Numbered from the stretch's first letter, positions 1 through 11,012 are shown. The stretch: DNA of 48,201 nt from an uncultured delta proteobacterium (GCA_963755715.1 CAVWLW010000018.1:1-48201), one strand, 5' to 3'. Notes: generated by a model from the letters alone, not told the origin. Numbers and translations: made by a program.

Positions 1-46
1 TGTGCCTCTGCGGTGAATCCTGCTTTTCTCCTCACGCTCGATTCGC

Positions 47-1213
47 TCACGCGCGTCCCCAGAGCCGGCGGGTCGCCAGGCGCGCGCCTTCGGACAATGC
101 CTTGAGCTTAGCCCAGACGAGCTGGCGGTGCAGCCGGCCGCCGAGGCCGCAGTCGGTGCCGGCGATGACATTCTCGCGACCGACCAAGTTGGCGAAGCGC
201 AGAATGCGCTCCGCGACCAGCTCCGGATGTTCGATGACGTTGGTGGCATGACTGACAACGCCCGGGATGAGTATCTTGCCTTCCGGAAGTTTTACCTGCT
301 CCCACACGCGCCACTCGTGTTCGTGGCGCGCATTGGCGGCCTCGATCAAGTAGGCGCCGGCGCGTATTTGCAAAAGCAGGTCGACGATATCCTTGAGCGG
401 CAAATCCGTCGTGTGCGGTCCGTGCCATCCGCCCCAGCAGATATGGTAGCGCACGCGCTCCTGCGGAATGTCCGCGAGCGCATGGTTGAGCGCCTCGACT
501 CGCGCTGCGGCGAGCTTTCGGTACTGCGCGGCATCGGGCGGCGGATCCTCCATATCGTAGCGAGTCACGAGCTGCGGATCGTCGATCTGCAGCACGAATC
601 CGGCGCCGACAATGGCTTGGTATTCAGTCTTCATCGCGTCGGCAATCGCGAAAAGAAAAGCTTCTTCGCTTGGGTAGTATTGGTTGATCCGCCTGGTAAT
701 AATCGAGCCGGGCGCCACGGCCGTAATGAATGCCTCCTCCGCTGCCACTCCGGCGCAGGCGGTCTGCAAGTCTTCTATGTCCATCTGAACTGCGTCCTGC
801 CCTTTGTAGAGGATCGGCGCGTTGCAAATCACGTCGGTCCAGCGTGAGCCATTGACGGTTCTGAACGGCTGGATTCTGTCGTACTCGTCGTAGAATTCTT
901 GAAATGTTCTTTTGTCTCTGCCTTTCGCCAGAGAGCCTTGTCCCCGGGAAACGCTCTCGGCAAATCCACTCAGACGCTCGTTCACGTAGCTCGACCAGCT
1001 CGACTTCGACAGCTCGCCATCATTGACGATATCCACGCCGCATTCTCGTTGCAGGCGCACGATCTCTAGAACCGCCGTTTTTACCCGCGCGGCCCATGCG
1101 GACTGGTCGATGGACCGACCGCTGCCCTTCGCATCGTTCATCTCGAGCAGATCCACCGGCCGGGGCAAGCTGCCGACATGGGTGGTGAGAATTCTGTCAG
1201 TGCTGCGCTTCAT
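47..1213 (-). CDS. Cobalamin-independent methionine synthase II family (MetE C-terminal domain-like) Zn enzyme
   Basis: 388 aa; TTHVGSLPRP, NDGE, LQIDDP, Zn-ligand motifs HICWG and DCG; GGAGG RBS upstream. Confidence 0.88.
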   Translation of the reverse strand: MKRSTDRILTTHVGSLPRPVDLLEMNDAKGSGRSIDQSAWAARVKTAVLEIVRLQRECGVDIVNDGELSKSSWSSYVNERLSGFAESVSRGQGSLAKGRDKRTFQEFYDEYDRIQPFRTVNGSRWTDVICNAPILYKGQDAVQMDIEDLQTACAGVAAEEAFITAVAPGSIITRRINQYYPSEEAFLFAIADAMKTEYQAIVGAGFVLQIDDPQLVTRYDMEDPPPDAAQYRKLAAARVEALNHALADIPQERVRYHICWGGWHGPHTTDLPLKDIVDLLLQIRAGAYLIEAANARHEHEWRVWEQVKLPEGKILIPGVVSHATNVIEHPELVAERILRFANLVGRENVIAGTDCGLGGRLHRQLVWAKLKALSEGARLATRRLWGRA

Positions 1214-1298
1214 GGATCCTCCATTTTTACCCCATTTACATCTTCTCGCGCCGATTGAAAACAGCTATGACCCGGCTAAGTCTTCCAAACATACATTC

Positions 1299-1325
1299 AA
1301 AGGCGACCGCCCGGTCGGTCTTTAC
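1299..1325 (-). repeat. Degenerate GTAG-type REP-like palindrome
   Basis: Minus strand GTAAAGACCGACCGGGCGGTCGCCTTT, an imperfect hairpin with a GTAR 5' tail. Confidence 0.4.
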
Positions 1326-1371
1326 TTTTGCCATTTCCCTGTGCTGCACAGTTCATCCTGTGCGATTTTTT

Positions 1372-2247
1372 CTAGAGCAATGATTGAATTACTTTTTGTG
1401 CGGCAAGACAGCGACGCAGCAGACGGGGCTCTCCCATGCGCTCCACACATGCGGCGAACGTGTCGGTAGGGCCACGCCAGCGGAGCTCGTCCACATCGCG
1501 GAAGAGGCGCGCGTCGGTCCTGAGCGTTGCAAGACGCTTGAACAATAACGCAAGCTCGCGGCTGTCGCCTAAGACGGCCGCTGGGAAGTCCTCGATGATG
1601 CCGTGTTTATTCAGAAGCCGCGCCGCACTGACCGCGCCGATCTTCGCAATGCCTGGATAGCCGTCGGCGGCGTCGCCGACGAGCGCAAGGAAGTCGGGGA
1701 TCAGCACGGGCTCCACGCCGAACTTCTCTCGAACTCCCGCTGCATCGCGGATCTTCTGACTTCTGCGGTCAACTTGCACGACTCGCTCGTCCCGGACGCA
1801 CTGCGCGAGGTCCTTGTCGGGCGTCCAAATGCAGACTCTCTGCACTCTTTCGTCTTCGGAGGCGATCTGCGCCGCGGAGGCAAGCGCGTCGTCGGCCTCG
1901 AGCTCGATCATAGGCCATGCCGCGACACCCATGGCGGTGAGCGCATCTTCGAGCGGGTGGAATTGGGCGAGCAATGCGCGGTCAATTCCAGCGCCGGTCT
2001 TGTAGCCGGACCAAAGAGCGTTGCGGAAAGACTCGATGACGTGATCGGTCGCCACACCGACGTGAGTCGCTCCGGTCTCGATCATCTGCAAAACAGTATT
2101 CAAGACACCGATCACTGCACCGAAGGGTTTATCCTCGCCTTTGTTGAAGCGACGCAGGCCGTAAAAGTGCCGGAACAACTCGTACGTGCCGTCGATCAGA
2201 TGAACAATTAATTCGCCGCTTGGAGTCGCGTCGTTACTTTTTGTCAT
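1372..2247 (-). CDS. Stand-alone 5'-3' exonuclease / flap endonuclease (Pol I N-terminal domain-like, H3TH)
   Basis: LIDGT, EADDALAS, DKDLAQ and LVGDAADGYPGIAKIG motifs; start placed at MTKSN (ORF extends to 2274). Confidence 0.88.
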   Translation of the reverse strand: MTKSNDATPSGELIVHLIDGTYELFRHFYGLRRFNKGEDKPFGAVIGVLNTVLQMIETGATHVGVATDHVIESFRNALWSGYKTGAGIDRALLAQFHPLEDALTAMGVAAWPMIELEADDALASAAQIASEDERVQRVCIWTPDKDLAQCVRDERVVQVDRRSQKIRDAAGVREKFGVEPVLIPDFLALVGDAADGYPGIAKIGAVSAARLLNKHGIIEDFPAAVLGDSRELALLFKRLATLRTDARLFRDVDELRWRGPTDTFAACVERMGEPRLLRRCLAAQKVIQSLL

Positions 2248-2400
2248 TAGCGGGTCCTGGGCTCTGCATAACAATCTTTACCGAATTCTACGGCAGGGGC
2301 CAATGAGCGGCATGCCCGGCGCAAACGGCAACTTCAGCGCAGTTATCCCAATTACGAATGGCAGTAAAAAACAGACTAGACCTGCACGCTCGATTCGCCA

Positions 2401-2430
2401 TTGACAGTCTTTCGTTTCCTGCCGTAACGT
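2401..2430 (+). promoter_or_regulatory. Putative sigma70 promoter
   Basis: TTGACA-18 nt-TAACGT about 45 nt upstream of the ATG at 2475. Confidence 0.45.
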
Positions 2431-2474
2431 GGCCCGGCACGTCAGATCAGATTTTTTTACGAGGAATTCTAGCC

Positions 2475-4148
2475 ATGATTCATCGACTCAAGGTAATCCC
2501 GATCTTTCTGCTTTTCTTGCTCTGGTTTTTTTCGCCGGGGGTTCGCGCGCAGGCGCCGGACCTCATCCTTCATAACGGAAATATCATCACGCTGGATGAC
2601 AAGCTCGCAACCGCGTCCGCCGTGGCGATTCAGGGGGAAAAGATCTCGACGCTCGGAGCAAGCGAGCAGGTTTTAAAACTGGCAGGGCCAAAAACCAAAA
2701 TTATCGATCTCAAGAAAAGAACGGTGGTGCCGGGCCTGATCGATAGCCATATTCACATCATCAGCGGCGGCCTGGGAATGAAGAAGGTGCAGCTCGCCGA
2801 GGCGTCTTCGATCGCCGAACTTCTGGACACCATCGCCGGCCATATTCGCGACAACCAAGTTCCCGCTGGAGAGTGGATCGTCGCGTCTTCGGACTGGTAC
2901 GTGAATCAATTGAAGGAAAACAGATTTCCGACTCGCTGGGAGCTCGACCGGGTCGCGCCGCAAAATCCGGTGTTTTTGCCCCGCGGCGCGCATCAATCGG
3001 CATCCAACAGCCTGGCCTTGAAGCTCGGCGGGATCACCAAGGAGAGCCCATCTCCCGCCGGCGGCGAGATTGTCAAAGATCCGAAAACCGGTGAGCTCAA
3101 TGGCTCGCTGGTCGACACGGCCCAAGAGCCGATCAAGAAACTTCTTCCCAAAGAAAGCGACCAGGCGAGCCTGGAGGCGCTGCAAAGAGTGCAGGAACTG
3201 GCGCACAGCCTCGGCATCACGAGCTTGGTGGACGGCGGCGTGAACCTCGGCGAATGGCAAACCATGGAGCAGCTCAAGAAATCCGGCCGGCTCAAAATTC
3301 GCATTGCGGCGCGGATCCGACCGAGAGACGTCAACGACTTCGCCAAGATCAATGCCGCTCTGTCGCCTGAAACGGGCGACGTCTGGTTGCGCACCGGTCC
3401 CATCAAAGTGACACTGGACGGCGGCTCCACGGGCGCGCTTTTCACCCGTCCCTATGCCATCAAGCCGGACTTTCACGGCGTCCAAGTCACTTCGACGGAA
3501 GTCTTAAAAGAGATTTCCGAGCTGGCGAACCAAAATAACTGGCGCATGAGCGTTCACTGCAACGGCGACAAAGCCTTCGACATTCTTCTCGACACGTGGG
3601 AAGCGGTCAACAAGAAAAAGTCTATCGTCGGCAAGCGCTGGACCGTCGAGCACGGCAAGAACATCCGGCCGGAGCAGATCCGCCGGGTTAAAGCATTGGG
3701 ATTGCTGGTGACGATCCAGGCGGCGCCTTATGTCAAAGGAGAAACGTACATGACGAATTTCGGCCGGGAAACAGCCGAGCAATCCTCGCCGACGCGGGAT
3801 TATCTGAAGAGCGGGATCGTTCTGGCCGGCGGCTCGGACTGGCTGACCAATCCGCTCAATCCTTTCCTGCACATGTACTTCGCCGTCGCAAGAAAGACCA
3901 AGGCGGGAAATCCCCTGGGCCAGAACCAGGCGCTGACTCCGGCAGAGGCGCTCGCCATGCACACCAAATACGCCGCTTACGTAACCTTCGAGGAGAACTC
4001 GAAAGGAACCCTCGCGCCGGGAAAACTTGCCGATCTGGCCGTGCTCTCGCACGACCCTCTAGAAATCGCCACCGAACAGATCAAAGACATCAAAGTTTTG
4101 ATGACCCTGGTGGGCGGCGAAGTCGTTTACCAGAGAGAAGTAGACTAG
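2475..4148 (+). CDS. Exported amidohydrolase, YtcJ/Amidohydro_3 family
   Basis: Signal peptide (…VRA-QAPD), PGLIDSHIH, VHCNGD, VEHG, GSDW, GKLADLAVL; GAGG RBS before ATG 2475. Confidence 0.88.
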   Translation: MIHRLKVIPIFLLFLLWFFSPGVRAQAPDLILHNGNIITLDDKLATASAVAIQGEKISTLGASEQVLKLAGPKTKIIDLKKRTVVPGLIDSHIHIISGGLGMKKVQLAEASSIAELLDTIAGHIRDNQVPAGEWIVASSDWYVNQLKENRFPTRWELDRVAPQNPVFLPRGAHQSASNSLALKLGGITKESPSPAGGEIVKDPKTGELNGSLVDTAQEPIKKLLPKESDQASLEALQRVQELAHSLGITSLVDGGVNLGEWQTMEQLKKSGRLKIRIAARIRPRDVNDFAKINAALSPETGDVWLRTGPIKVTLDGGSTGALFTRPYAIKPDFHGVQVTSTEVLKEISELANQNNWRMSVHCNGDKAFDILLDTWEAVNKKKSIVGKRWTVEHGKNIRPEQIRRVKALGLLVTIQAAPYVKGETYMTNFGRETAEQSSPTRDYLKSGIVLAGGSDWLTNPLNPFLHMYFAVARKTKAGNPLGQNQALTPAEALAMHTKYAAYVTFEENSKGTLAPGKLADLAVLSHDPLEIATEQIKDIKVLMTLVGGEVVYQREVD

Positions 4149-4305
4149 GACATAAAACGGGGCATCGGTCTTGTCGTGCAGACAGACAGCGCTTTGCGTT
4201 TACTGCCAGCTGTCGCGCGGTAAATACTATAGATCAGCGACACCTCGGTAGCTCAGACGACGCCGCGCATCGCTTCATTCATGCAAACAATGCGAGCCGC
4301 TTCGG

Positions 4306-6498
4306 TTACAAACCTTCCTGCGACCTTTTGACTTCTCGGCGGCGCGAGTGGAGCACGGGTTCGGTGTAGCCGTTGGCTAGGTCACGGCCGTTTAAGACAA
4401 GCTCCAACGCCGCCTGAAAAGCGATGCTTCGGTCATAGTCCGGTGCCATGTTGCGGTAGTTCGGATCGCCGCGATTTTGCCGATCGACCACCTGGGCCAT
4501 GCGCCGAAACGTCTCGATGACCTGATTCTTCGCGACGATGCCATATTTGAGCCAGTTGGCGATATGCTGGCTGGATATTCTGAGCGTCGCCCGATCCTCC
4601 ATCAACGCGACATCATTGATATTCGGAACTTTCGAACAGCCGATGCCCTGATCGACCCAGCGAACGACATAGCCCAGGATGCCTTGCGCATTGTTATCCA
4701 GCTCGCGTTGAATCTCCTCCGGCGTCAACTTCCGCTCCAACAACAGCGGCGGTGTGAGAATATGCTCGAGGTTCGCGCGGCCCCGTTTCGCCAGTTCGCG
4801 CTGCCGCTTGGCGACATCGACATAGTGATAGTGCAGCGCATGAAGCGTCGCCGCGGTCGGCGACGGCACCCAGGCGGTGTTGGCGCCGGCTTGCGGATGG
4901 GCGATCTTCGTCTCGACCATCGCGCGCATCTCGTCCGGCATGGTCCACATGCCTTTGCCGATCTGCGCTTTGCCGCGGAATCCCGTCTCGATGCCGATGT
5001 CGACGTTGCAATCTTCGTAGGCTTTGATCCATGGCTGGGTTTTGATCTCTTCCTTCGGCAGCATCGCGCCCAGCTCCATGCTGGTATGGATCTCGTCGCC
5101 GGTGCGATCCAAAAAGCCCGTATTGATGAACACCACCCGATCTTTCGCAGCCCGGATGCATTCCTGCAGATTGACCGTGGTGCGCCGCTCTTCGTCCATG
5201 ATGCCGATCTTGAGAGTTCTCCGCTTCAAGCCGAGGGCACCCTCGATGCGTTCGAACAACTCGACAGTAGCGGCGACTTCCTCCGGCCCATGCTGTTTCG
5301 GTTTGACGATGTAAATGCCCCCCGTTTTGCTGTTGCGATATTTTCCCTTGCTCTTGAGATCGTGAATCGCGGCAAGCGCCGTGATCATGCCGTCGAGAAA
5401 ACCCTCGGGAATCTCTTCGCCGCTCTTCGTCATTACGGCGTCGGTATACATGTGCATGCCGACATTGCGCACCAGCAGCAGGCTTCTGCCGGGCAAAGTC
5501 AGCTTTCTTCCGGTCGGCGTGGTAAAGACTTTGTCCGGATTCAGCCTTCGGGTCAGCGGGCGGCCGTTCTTTTCGAATGTGGTTTCCAGCGTTCCTTTCA
5601 TCAGGCCGCACCAATGTCGATAGACCGCGATCTTGTCGGCGGCGTCCACCGCCGCGACCGCGTCCTCGCAATCTTCGATGGTGGTGATCGCCGCCTCGAG
5701 GACCACGTCTTTCACGCCTGCGGGGTGGGCCTTGCCGATGGGATGGTTTCGGTCGAATTGAATCTCGATGCGCGCGCCGTTGTTTGTCAGGACGATGTCC
5801 GTCAACTCTCCGGCGCTTTCCCGATAGCCGAGAAATTTTCGTCCATCGGCGAGACTTGTCGTCTTGCCGTCCTTGAGCATCACTGTGAGTTGTTTCTTAC
5901 GGCCGAACCGCTTGAGAAAAAATCGGCTGACGTCCGAGTAACTGCCGCGTTTCAGAGCGACGACTTTGTCTAAAAACTCCTCGGTGTAGGCGATGACCTT
6001 GGCGCCGCGCTTGGGATTGTAGGCTTCACCCTTTTCCGCGCCGTCCTCTTCCGGGATCACGTTAGTGCCGTAGAGCGCGTCGTAGAGACTGCCCCAGCGG
6101 GCATTGGCGGCGTTCAAGGCATAGCGGGCGTTGTCGAGCGGCACCACCAACTGCGCCCCGGCGATGGAAGCGATCTCGGCGTCGACGTTGGCCGTGGTGA
6201 TTTTAAAATTTTTCCCCTCGGGGACGAGATAACCGATCTCTTGCAGAAAGGCAGCGTATACCGGGAGGTCAAACGGCTGACCGGAGCGGGCCAGGTGCCA
6301 CTCATCGATCTGCTTTTGCAGCCGGTCACGCTTTGCCAAAAGCGCTCGATTCTTCGGCCCGAGATCTCTCACGATCGCGCTGAGAGATTTCCAAAAGCCG
6401 TCAACCTTCACCCCGGTTCCCGGCACGATCTCGTCGCGCACCAGACGATAGAGCTGTTCATCGATCCTAAGACCGCCGACCTCGACTCTGCTGGCCAT
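4306..6498 (-). CDS. glcB: Malate synthase G
   Basis: [63 protein letters not shown]; GGAG RBS favours ATG 6498. Confidence 0.96.
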   Translation of the reverse strand: MASRVEVGGLRIDEQLYRLVRDEIVPGTGVKVDGFWKSLSAIVRDLGPKNRALLAKRDRLQKQIDEWHLARSGQPFDLPVYAAFLQEIGYLVPEGKNFKITTANVDAEIASIAGAQLVVPLDNARYALNAANARWGSLYDALYGTNVIPEEDGAEKGEAYNPKRGAKVIAYTEEFLDKVVALKRGSYSDVSRFFLKRFGRKKQLTVMLKDGKTTSLADGRKFLGYRESAGELTDIVLTNNGARIEIQFDRNHPIGKAHPAGVKDVVLEAAITTIEDCEDAVAAVDAADKIAVYRHWCGLMKGTLETTFEKNGRPLTRRLNPDKVFTTPTGRKLTLPGRSLLLVRNVGMHMYTDAVMTKSGEEIPEGFLDGMITALAAIHDLKSKGKYRNSKTGGIYIVKPKQHGPEEVAATVELFERIEGALGLKRRTLKIGIMDEERRTTVNLQECIRAAKDRVVFINTGFLDRTGDEIHTSMELGAMLPKEEIKTQPWIKAYEDCNVDIGIETGFRGKAQIGKGMWTMPDEMRAMVETKIAHPQAGANTAWVPSPTAATLHALHYHYVDVAKRQRELAKRGRANLEHILTPPLLLERKLTPEEIQRELDNNAQGILGYVVRWVDQGIGCSKVPNINDVALMEDRATLRISSQHIANWLKYGIVAKNQVIETFRRMAQVVDRQNRGDPNYRNMAPDYDRSIAFQAALELVLNGRDLANGYTEPVLHSRRREVKRSQEGL

Positions 6499-6649
6499 GG
6501 TCATCTCCGTTTCGTGTGCACCCGAGGCAAGCACAAAATCGCACGGCGAGACGCAAAAATCTTCAGCGTGCTTCGGATAGTTTTATTCTTGAGTTCTACC
6601 CCTTCTTGTCAACTCCGTCGGTCCTTAATGCCGGATGCAGCGCATCGCC

Positions 6650-7241
6650 TCATTCATGGAAGCGACGCGTGGCGGCGTCGGCAGCTTCTTTCACTCCGGG
6701 CAGAGGGCAGAAATTGTTAGCCTCGATGCCGAAGACCGGGTTGAACTTGCTGCGAAAGTTTTCGAGCGCGATCACCGCGGCCAATTCGACCAACTCCTCG
6801 TCGGTAAAATGTTTCTTAAGACGTTTGAAAAACTTATCCGTGACCCGTTTACCGGTGTAGGTCATGCGCTCGGCGAGCTCCAGTGCCAACCGCTCGCGCA
6901 GGGAAAACAAAGAGTTCTTCTTGTAATCTCCCAGCACGGCTTCGACCTTCTCTGCTGCAGCCCCGTTTTGCATCGCCCCGGATGCGTTACTGTCAATTCA
7001 ATACGGGCAACCGTTGATATGGGCAGTCCTGACGCAGACCAGGTTGCGTAGCTCCGGCGCTATCAGCCCCGATTCCTGAATGCCCTGGGCGAGTGCCTGG
7101 ACTCCTTTCTGGATCGTCGGCCTGACGGCAGAGACCTGCGCAGCGTTTGACACAAAGCCATGACGTTTCTTCTGCTCTGCGAAAATTTGCCGCACCTCAT
7201 CATTGGCTTCATTTTCCAGTTACACCTTTAATCCTGGCCAT
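6650..7241 (-). CDS. AhpD/carboxymuconolactone-decarboxylase-family protein with in-frame UGA (probable selenocysteine, CxxU); one apparent +1 frameshift near codon 7
   Basis: ORFs 6998..7195 and 6650..6973 are in the same frame: …HINGCPY-TGA-IDSNASGAMQNG…; ATG 7241 with AGGA RBS joins after removing 1 nt near 7220 (MARIKGVLENEANDEVRQ…); AhpD-like tail ERLALELAE…FTDEELVEL…NF. Confidence 0.82.
6970..6985 (-). promoter_or_regulatory. Candidate bacterial SECIS hairpin
   Basis: Stem starts 12 nt 3' of the UGA: GCAUC-CGGGGC-GAUGC with a G-rich apical loop about 18-19 nt from the UGA. Confidence 0.6.
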
Positions 7242-7586
7242 GAATGTTCCTTTTGATTTACTTCACGATGTCGATTCATCTGAGTCTCAGTTGTCCGTCA
7301 TTGTAAAATGGGCAAAGCGATCAATACCGCGAACCTTTTGCTCGTTCAAATAGTATCCCGGGTGTGCGAGTAAGAGAGTTTCAACCAGGTACAATTTTTC
7401 ATACGTGGATGATCGCAATTGCCGATAAGTTCGCGACCAAAAAGTTCCCGATCTCCGTTATGTTCCTGATAGAGACGTCCCCAATCGAGGATCTTAACCG
7501 GCGCGTGACTCATCGGCATCGGCAACCCGGATCGATGCATATTTCGTGCTGGTAGGCTCAAAACGATATCGGGGTTTTCAGGTCGG

Positions 7587-8295
7587 TTAGGCTGCTCTCT
7601 CCATCGCTTGCGCCATGCCGCCGAAATAGACGCGGTGAATGTCCATCGAATCCGTCGCGGTCGTCAGGACATCCTGCTCCCGTCCCGGCGCGACATATTT
7701 CTCCAGAACATCGAGGAACATGTCGGAATGTTTTACGTCGGCTTTGCTATGCGCGGTGAAGTTCGGCACCTGCGCGGCGCTGAAATTTAGATCGCGCGAC
7801 CAAATCTTGTAGAGCCGGCTGCAATTGCCCCCGCCGATATCGCCCAACAGCCGATCGTCATTGGTCCACTCGGCGATGGTCGACGCAGCGATGGCTTCCT
7901 GCCACGGACGGGTGCGCGCGATCCAGAACCACGCGTACATGGCCGCCTTGGTGGTGGGCAACGGCGCGGCGTTCATCACCTCATCGGCGCTCAAGCCGAC
8001 TTCTTTTCCCTGACGAACAATGAGATCCATATGGCCGGTCTTGGAGTGCTCGTCTTCGACCAGCTCCTCATACTCGTGCGCTAAGATTCGTTGCTTAACC
8101 TCGAACTCCGGACAATTCGCCGCTACCTGCGGCCAATTGTTACGTCGCTGGCGGGCATAAAGGCCTAGCTGCAGAGAGATATATTCGCGCCCGCTCCGCC
8201 GTCATTTTGATCGAGTAAAAATGTTCCATCTCCGGCGTGCGAAAGAAATCCCTGACGCACTCACCGAGCGCCTGCCGCCATTCTTGTGCTTGCAC
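7587..8295 (-). CDS. Heme-oxygenase-like diiron protein (CADD/PqqC/TenA fold); one apparent +1 frameshift near 8175
   Basis: GTG 8295 with AGGAGG RBS; repaired protein about 235 aa with HEYEELVEDEHSKTGH, AEW and HSKADVKH motifs. Confidence 0.78.
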
Positions 8296-8407
8296 CGAAA
8301 TACCTCCTAGAAAATAAATCCTCTGTTTCGCAGTTTGTACGTCGAATCAATAAGTTCGACAATACCCGTCGATCTACTTTTTCTGCTGCGGATTCTTCTC
8401 CGCACAC

Positions 8408-9371
8408 CTACCGTGCCGCCTTGGCAAAAACTTTTTCGATAAAGCCATCTTTCACCAGTTTATCGACCACGCTATTGTCGATGACTTTGGCAGTGAGCGT
8501 TTCAGCGTCGACGCCTTTGACGGGTTCGAATTCCAAGACCGTAGCCACATTTCGGCTATCGACCCGGGGTGTTTTTTCAGTGAACTTGGTGACGAGAGCG
8601 TAAGTTTCGTCGAGAAAATCGGCATCATTCCGTTTGAAATATTTTGCCAGCACCTTGAGCGTGGCTTCCTTGTCGTGATTCATCGCGCCGACGGCTTCGA
8701 TATAGGCTTTGACCACGCGCTCCGCGGTATCGGGATTCTTTTGCAGAAACTCCCGGGTGACCGCCATGACGTTCATAGAAAAGGGAATGTCGAGATCGAA
8801 AGCGTTCAGCAGGGCCCGTGCCGGCGCTCCCGGCTTGACTCCGGTCACGATGCCGGCAACTTGCTTCTGTCCAAAAGCGGCTTGCATTTCCGGCGTGCCG
8901 CCGAGCGGGCGCATGGTGACGGATTTTTCCAGCCCAAGCTTGCGCAAGATCAATGTCGTCACCGTGTGCCCCGATGAATTGAAGCGCGAGATGCCGAGGG
9001 TTTGGCCTTTGAGCTGATCGGCGCGCGTGATGTCGGGTTGGACATAGAAAGTCATGGCCGGGCGATTGGTCATCGCTGCGATCGCCAGCACCGGCGCGCC
9101 GCGCGCCGCCGCCAAGACGACGCCGCTGATCCCGGGGGCGCTCACGTCGAGACTGCCGCCGAGAAGCGCTTGGATATTCATCCCGCTGGAAGCGATATAG
9201 ATGAGCTGGACGTCGAGACCGTATTTCTTGAACGCGCCGGTCTCATGGGCCATCCAGACGCCTGCAACGCGTGGGCCCGACGACTGAATAGGACAATCGA
9301 AGAGGAGCGGCCGATACCTCGCCCGCACAACAAAGCCAGAGCGCCACAACCTGCAAGAGCAGCTTTTTCAT
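8408..9371 (-). CDS. ABC-type substrate-binding protein, NMT1/THI5/SsuA-like; apparent +1 frameshift near 9270
   Basis: Signal peptide MKKLLLQVVALWLCCAGEVSA from ATG 9371 joins ORF 8408..9349 after removing 1 nt; GAFKKYGLDV, LKGQTLG, IDNSVVDKL. Confidence 0.82.
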
Positions 9372-9537
9372 GCCAGCTGACAAGTTACGGCTGTTGCGGT
9401 GAGACCGTCAAGGGGCAAAAACCAAGCACATTCGTTGACAACCAATTCCCCATCTAGTTACTCTCGGCCTTTGGTCCTGGGCCAAATCAATAGGCCGAAC
9501 AGCCGACGGCGAAATTCTGAAGCAAAGGAGTTCACCG

Positions 9538-10845
9538 ATGCGCCCGTGGTTCTTTCAAATTCCTTTCATCTTCATCGCCCTGTGCGCGGTTTTGCTGCGC
9601 GATGCCGCGCCCCAAAGCGCGTCTGTTTATCTGCAGCTCAGTCCGACGGTCAAGGCCGTGCTTTATTCGCCCGATGCGAGTATTAAATCTCGCGTCGCGG
9701 TGGTCAACATGCATGAAGACGGCAACCGCTTGAACGACATCGCGTGCACCGAGTTGGTCCAGCGAGGCTTTTACGTGCTCTGCATGAATGGCCGCTCGGA
9801 CAACAACGAAGCGCTGGATTTTTGGAACGATCTGCCGCTCGACGTTGCGACCGGTATCAAATACCTGAAAGACACGGTGAAGGCGTCGAAAATCCTTCTT
9901 TACGGGGGCAGCGGCGGCGCGCCGCTGATGACTTTTTATCAAAACGTCGCGCAAAACGGTCTGTCAGTTTGCCAGGGCGCGAACAAACTTATCCCTTGCA
10001 GTAAAGAGCTGGCCGGGCTGCCCCAGGCTGACGGCATCATCTTGCGCGACGCCCATCCGGGAACTGCGGTCAATACTCTGCGCTCGATCAATCCGTCGCT
10101 GCAGCGCGACGACAAGCCGGACCAGATTAACGCCGCCCTCGATCCGTTCAGCGCCAAAAATGGTTTCAACGCAAACGGGCCGAGTCATTACTCGCGCGAA
10201 TTCCAAGAGCGTTATTTCAAAGCACAGGCGGCGCGCATGAACCGGCTCGTCGACGCCGCCCTGGGAAAGCTGCGCGCCATCGAAGCCGGCAAATACTATT
10301 ACAAAGACGATGACGCCTTCGTGATTCACAAAAGCGAGAGCAGCCGTCTGTCGGAAATGGATTTGACCATTCATGCCGGCACCGTCAAGCCGCAAAAGTT
10401 GTTAAAGAACGACGGCACGACCGTAACCGAGGTAATCAAGAGCGTGCGTGTCGCCGACAGCCGGAATCCCGAGCGCGCCAAATCATTTTACGACGGGTCG
10501 AAATTCTTGACGGTCAGATCGTTTCTCGGCACGCGGGCAATTCGCGCCAAGCATGCGCTGGACGATATCGACTATTGCTCCAACAACAACTCGACGCCCT
10601 GTCACTTGCACAAAATCACCGTGCCGATTTTGATCCTCGGCATGGGCGGCCATTATTTTTTGCGCGACAACGAGATCCACTACGAAGTGTCGGCCAGCCC
10701 CGATAAAGAATACATCGTCATCGAAGGCGCGTCCCATGGCATTCGGCCATGCAAAGCTTGCGAGACAACGCCGGGTCAATATTCCAACACGGTCAAAAAC
10801 ACTTTCGACTACGTGCAAAAATGGATCAACGCGCGGTTTCAGTAA
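9538..10845 (+). CDS. Exported alpha/beta-hydrolase-fold protein (paralog of 23673..24989)
   Basis: Signal peptide, nucleophile elbow GGSGGA, ITVPILILG, IEGASH; AAGGAG RBS. Confidence 0.75.
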   Translation: MRPWFFQIPFIFIALCAVLLRDAAPQSASVYLQLSPTVKAVLYSPDASIKSRVAVVNMHEDGNRLNDIACTELVQRGFYVLCMNGRSDNNEALDFWNDLPLDVATGIKYLKDTVKASKILLYGGSGGAPLMTFYQNVAQNGLSVCQGANKLIPCSKELAGLPQADGIILRDAHPGTAVNTLRSINPSLQRDDKPDQINAALDPFSAKNGFNANGPSHYSREFQERYFKAQAARMNRLVDAALGKLRAIEAGKYYYKDDDAFVIHKSESSRLSEMDLTIHAGTVKPQKLLKNDGTTVTEVIKSVRVADSRNPERAKSFYDGSKFLTVRSFLGTRAIRAKHALDDIDYCSNNNSTPCHLHKITVPILILGMGGHYFLRDNEIHYEVSASPDKEYIVIEGASHGIRPCKACETTPGQYSNTVKNTFDYVQKWINARFQ

Positions 10846-11012
10846 CGGTTCGTTGAATGAATCTGCTGCGCGAAATTTCGCCCTCTGCAGGAAACATATA
10901 GCGGTCCTGAACGCAGGCTGACTCCGTTTTCATCGATGACGGCGCCATCGTCGTGTGCAATGGCGGCACGGCGACTCCCGGCGCAGCCCGAGAGCAGTGT
11001 AGATAGTAACCG

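Noticed and set aside
1-20. TGTGCCTCTGCGGTGAA, possibly the tail of another intergenic repeat
   Set aside because: Truncated by the window edge, with no second copy to confirm it
4240-4300. GGTAGCTCAG resembles the start of a tRNA D-arm
   Set aside because: No acceptor stem, anticodon arm or GTTCRA T-loop follows
4477-5973. 498-aa plus-strand ORF and other long antisense ORFs (e.g. 38728..39507, 128..847)
   Set aside because: Shadow frames of well-supported genes in GC-rich DNA, with no motifs
7205-7215. TGA codons early in the ahpD start frame as additional Sec sites
   Set aside because: They arise only from the +1 insertion; the repaired frame has no stop there
7346-7561. Small overlapping ORFs (71 aa minus, 63 aa plus) between the diiron oxidase and AhpD genes
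   Set aside because: No RBS or recognisable motif; cannot support either as a gene
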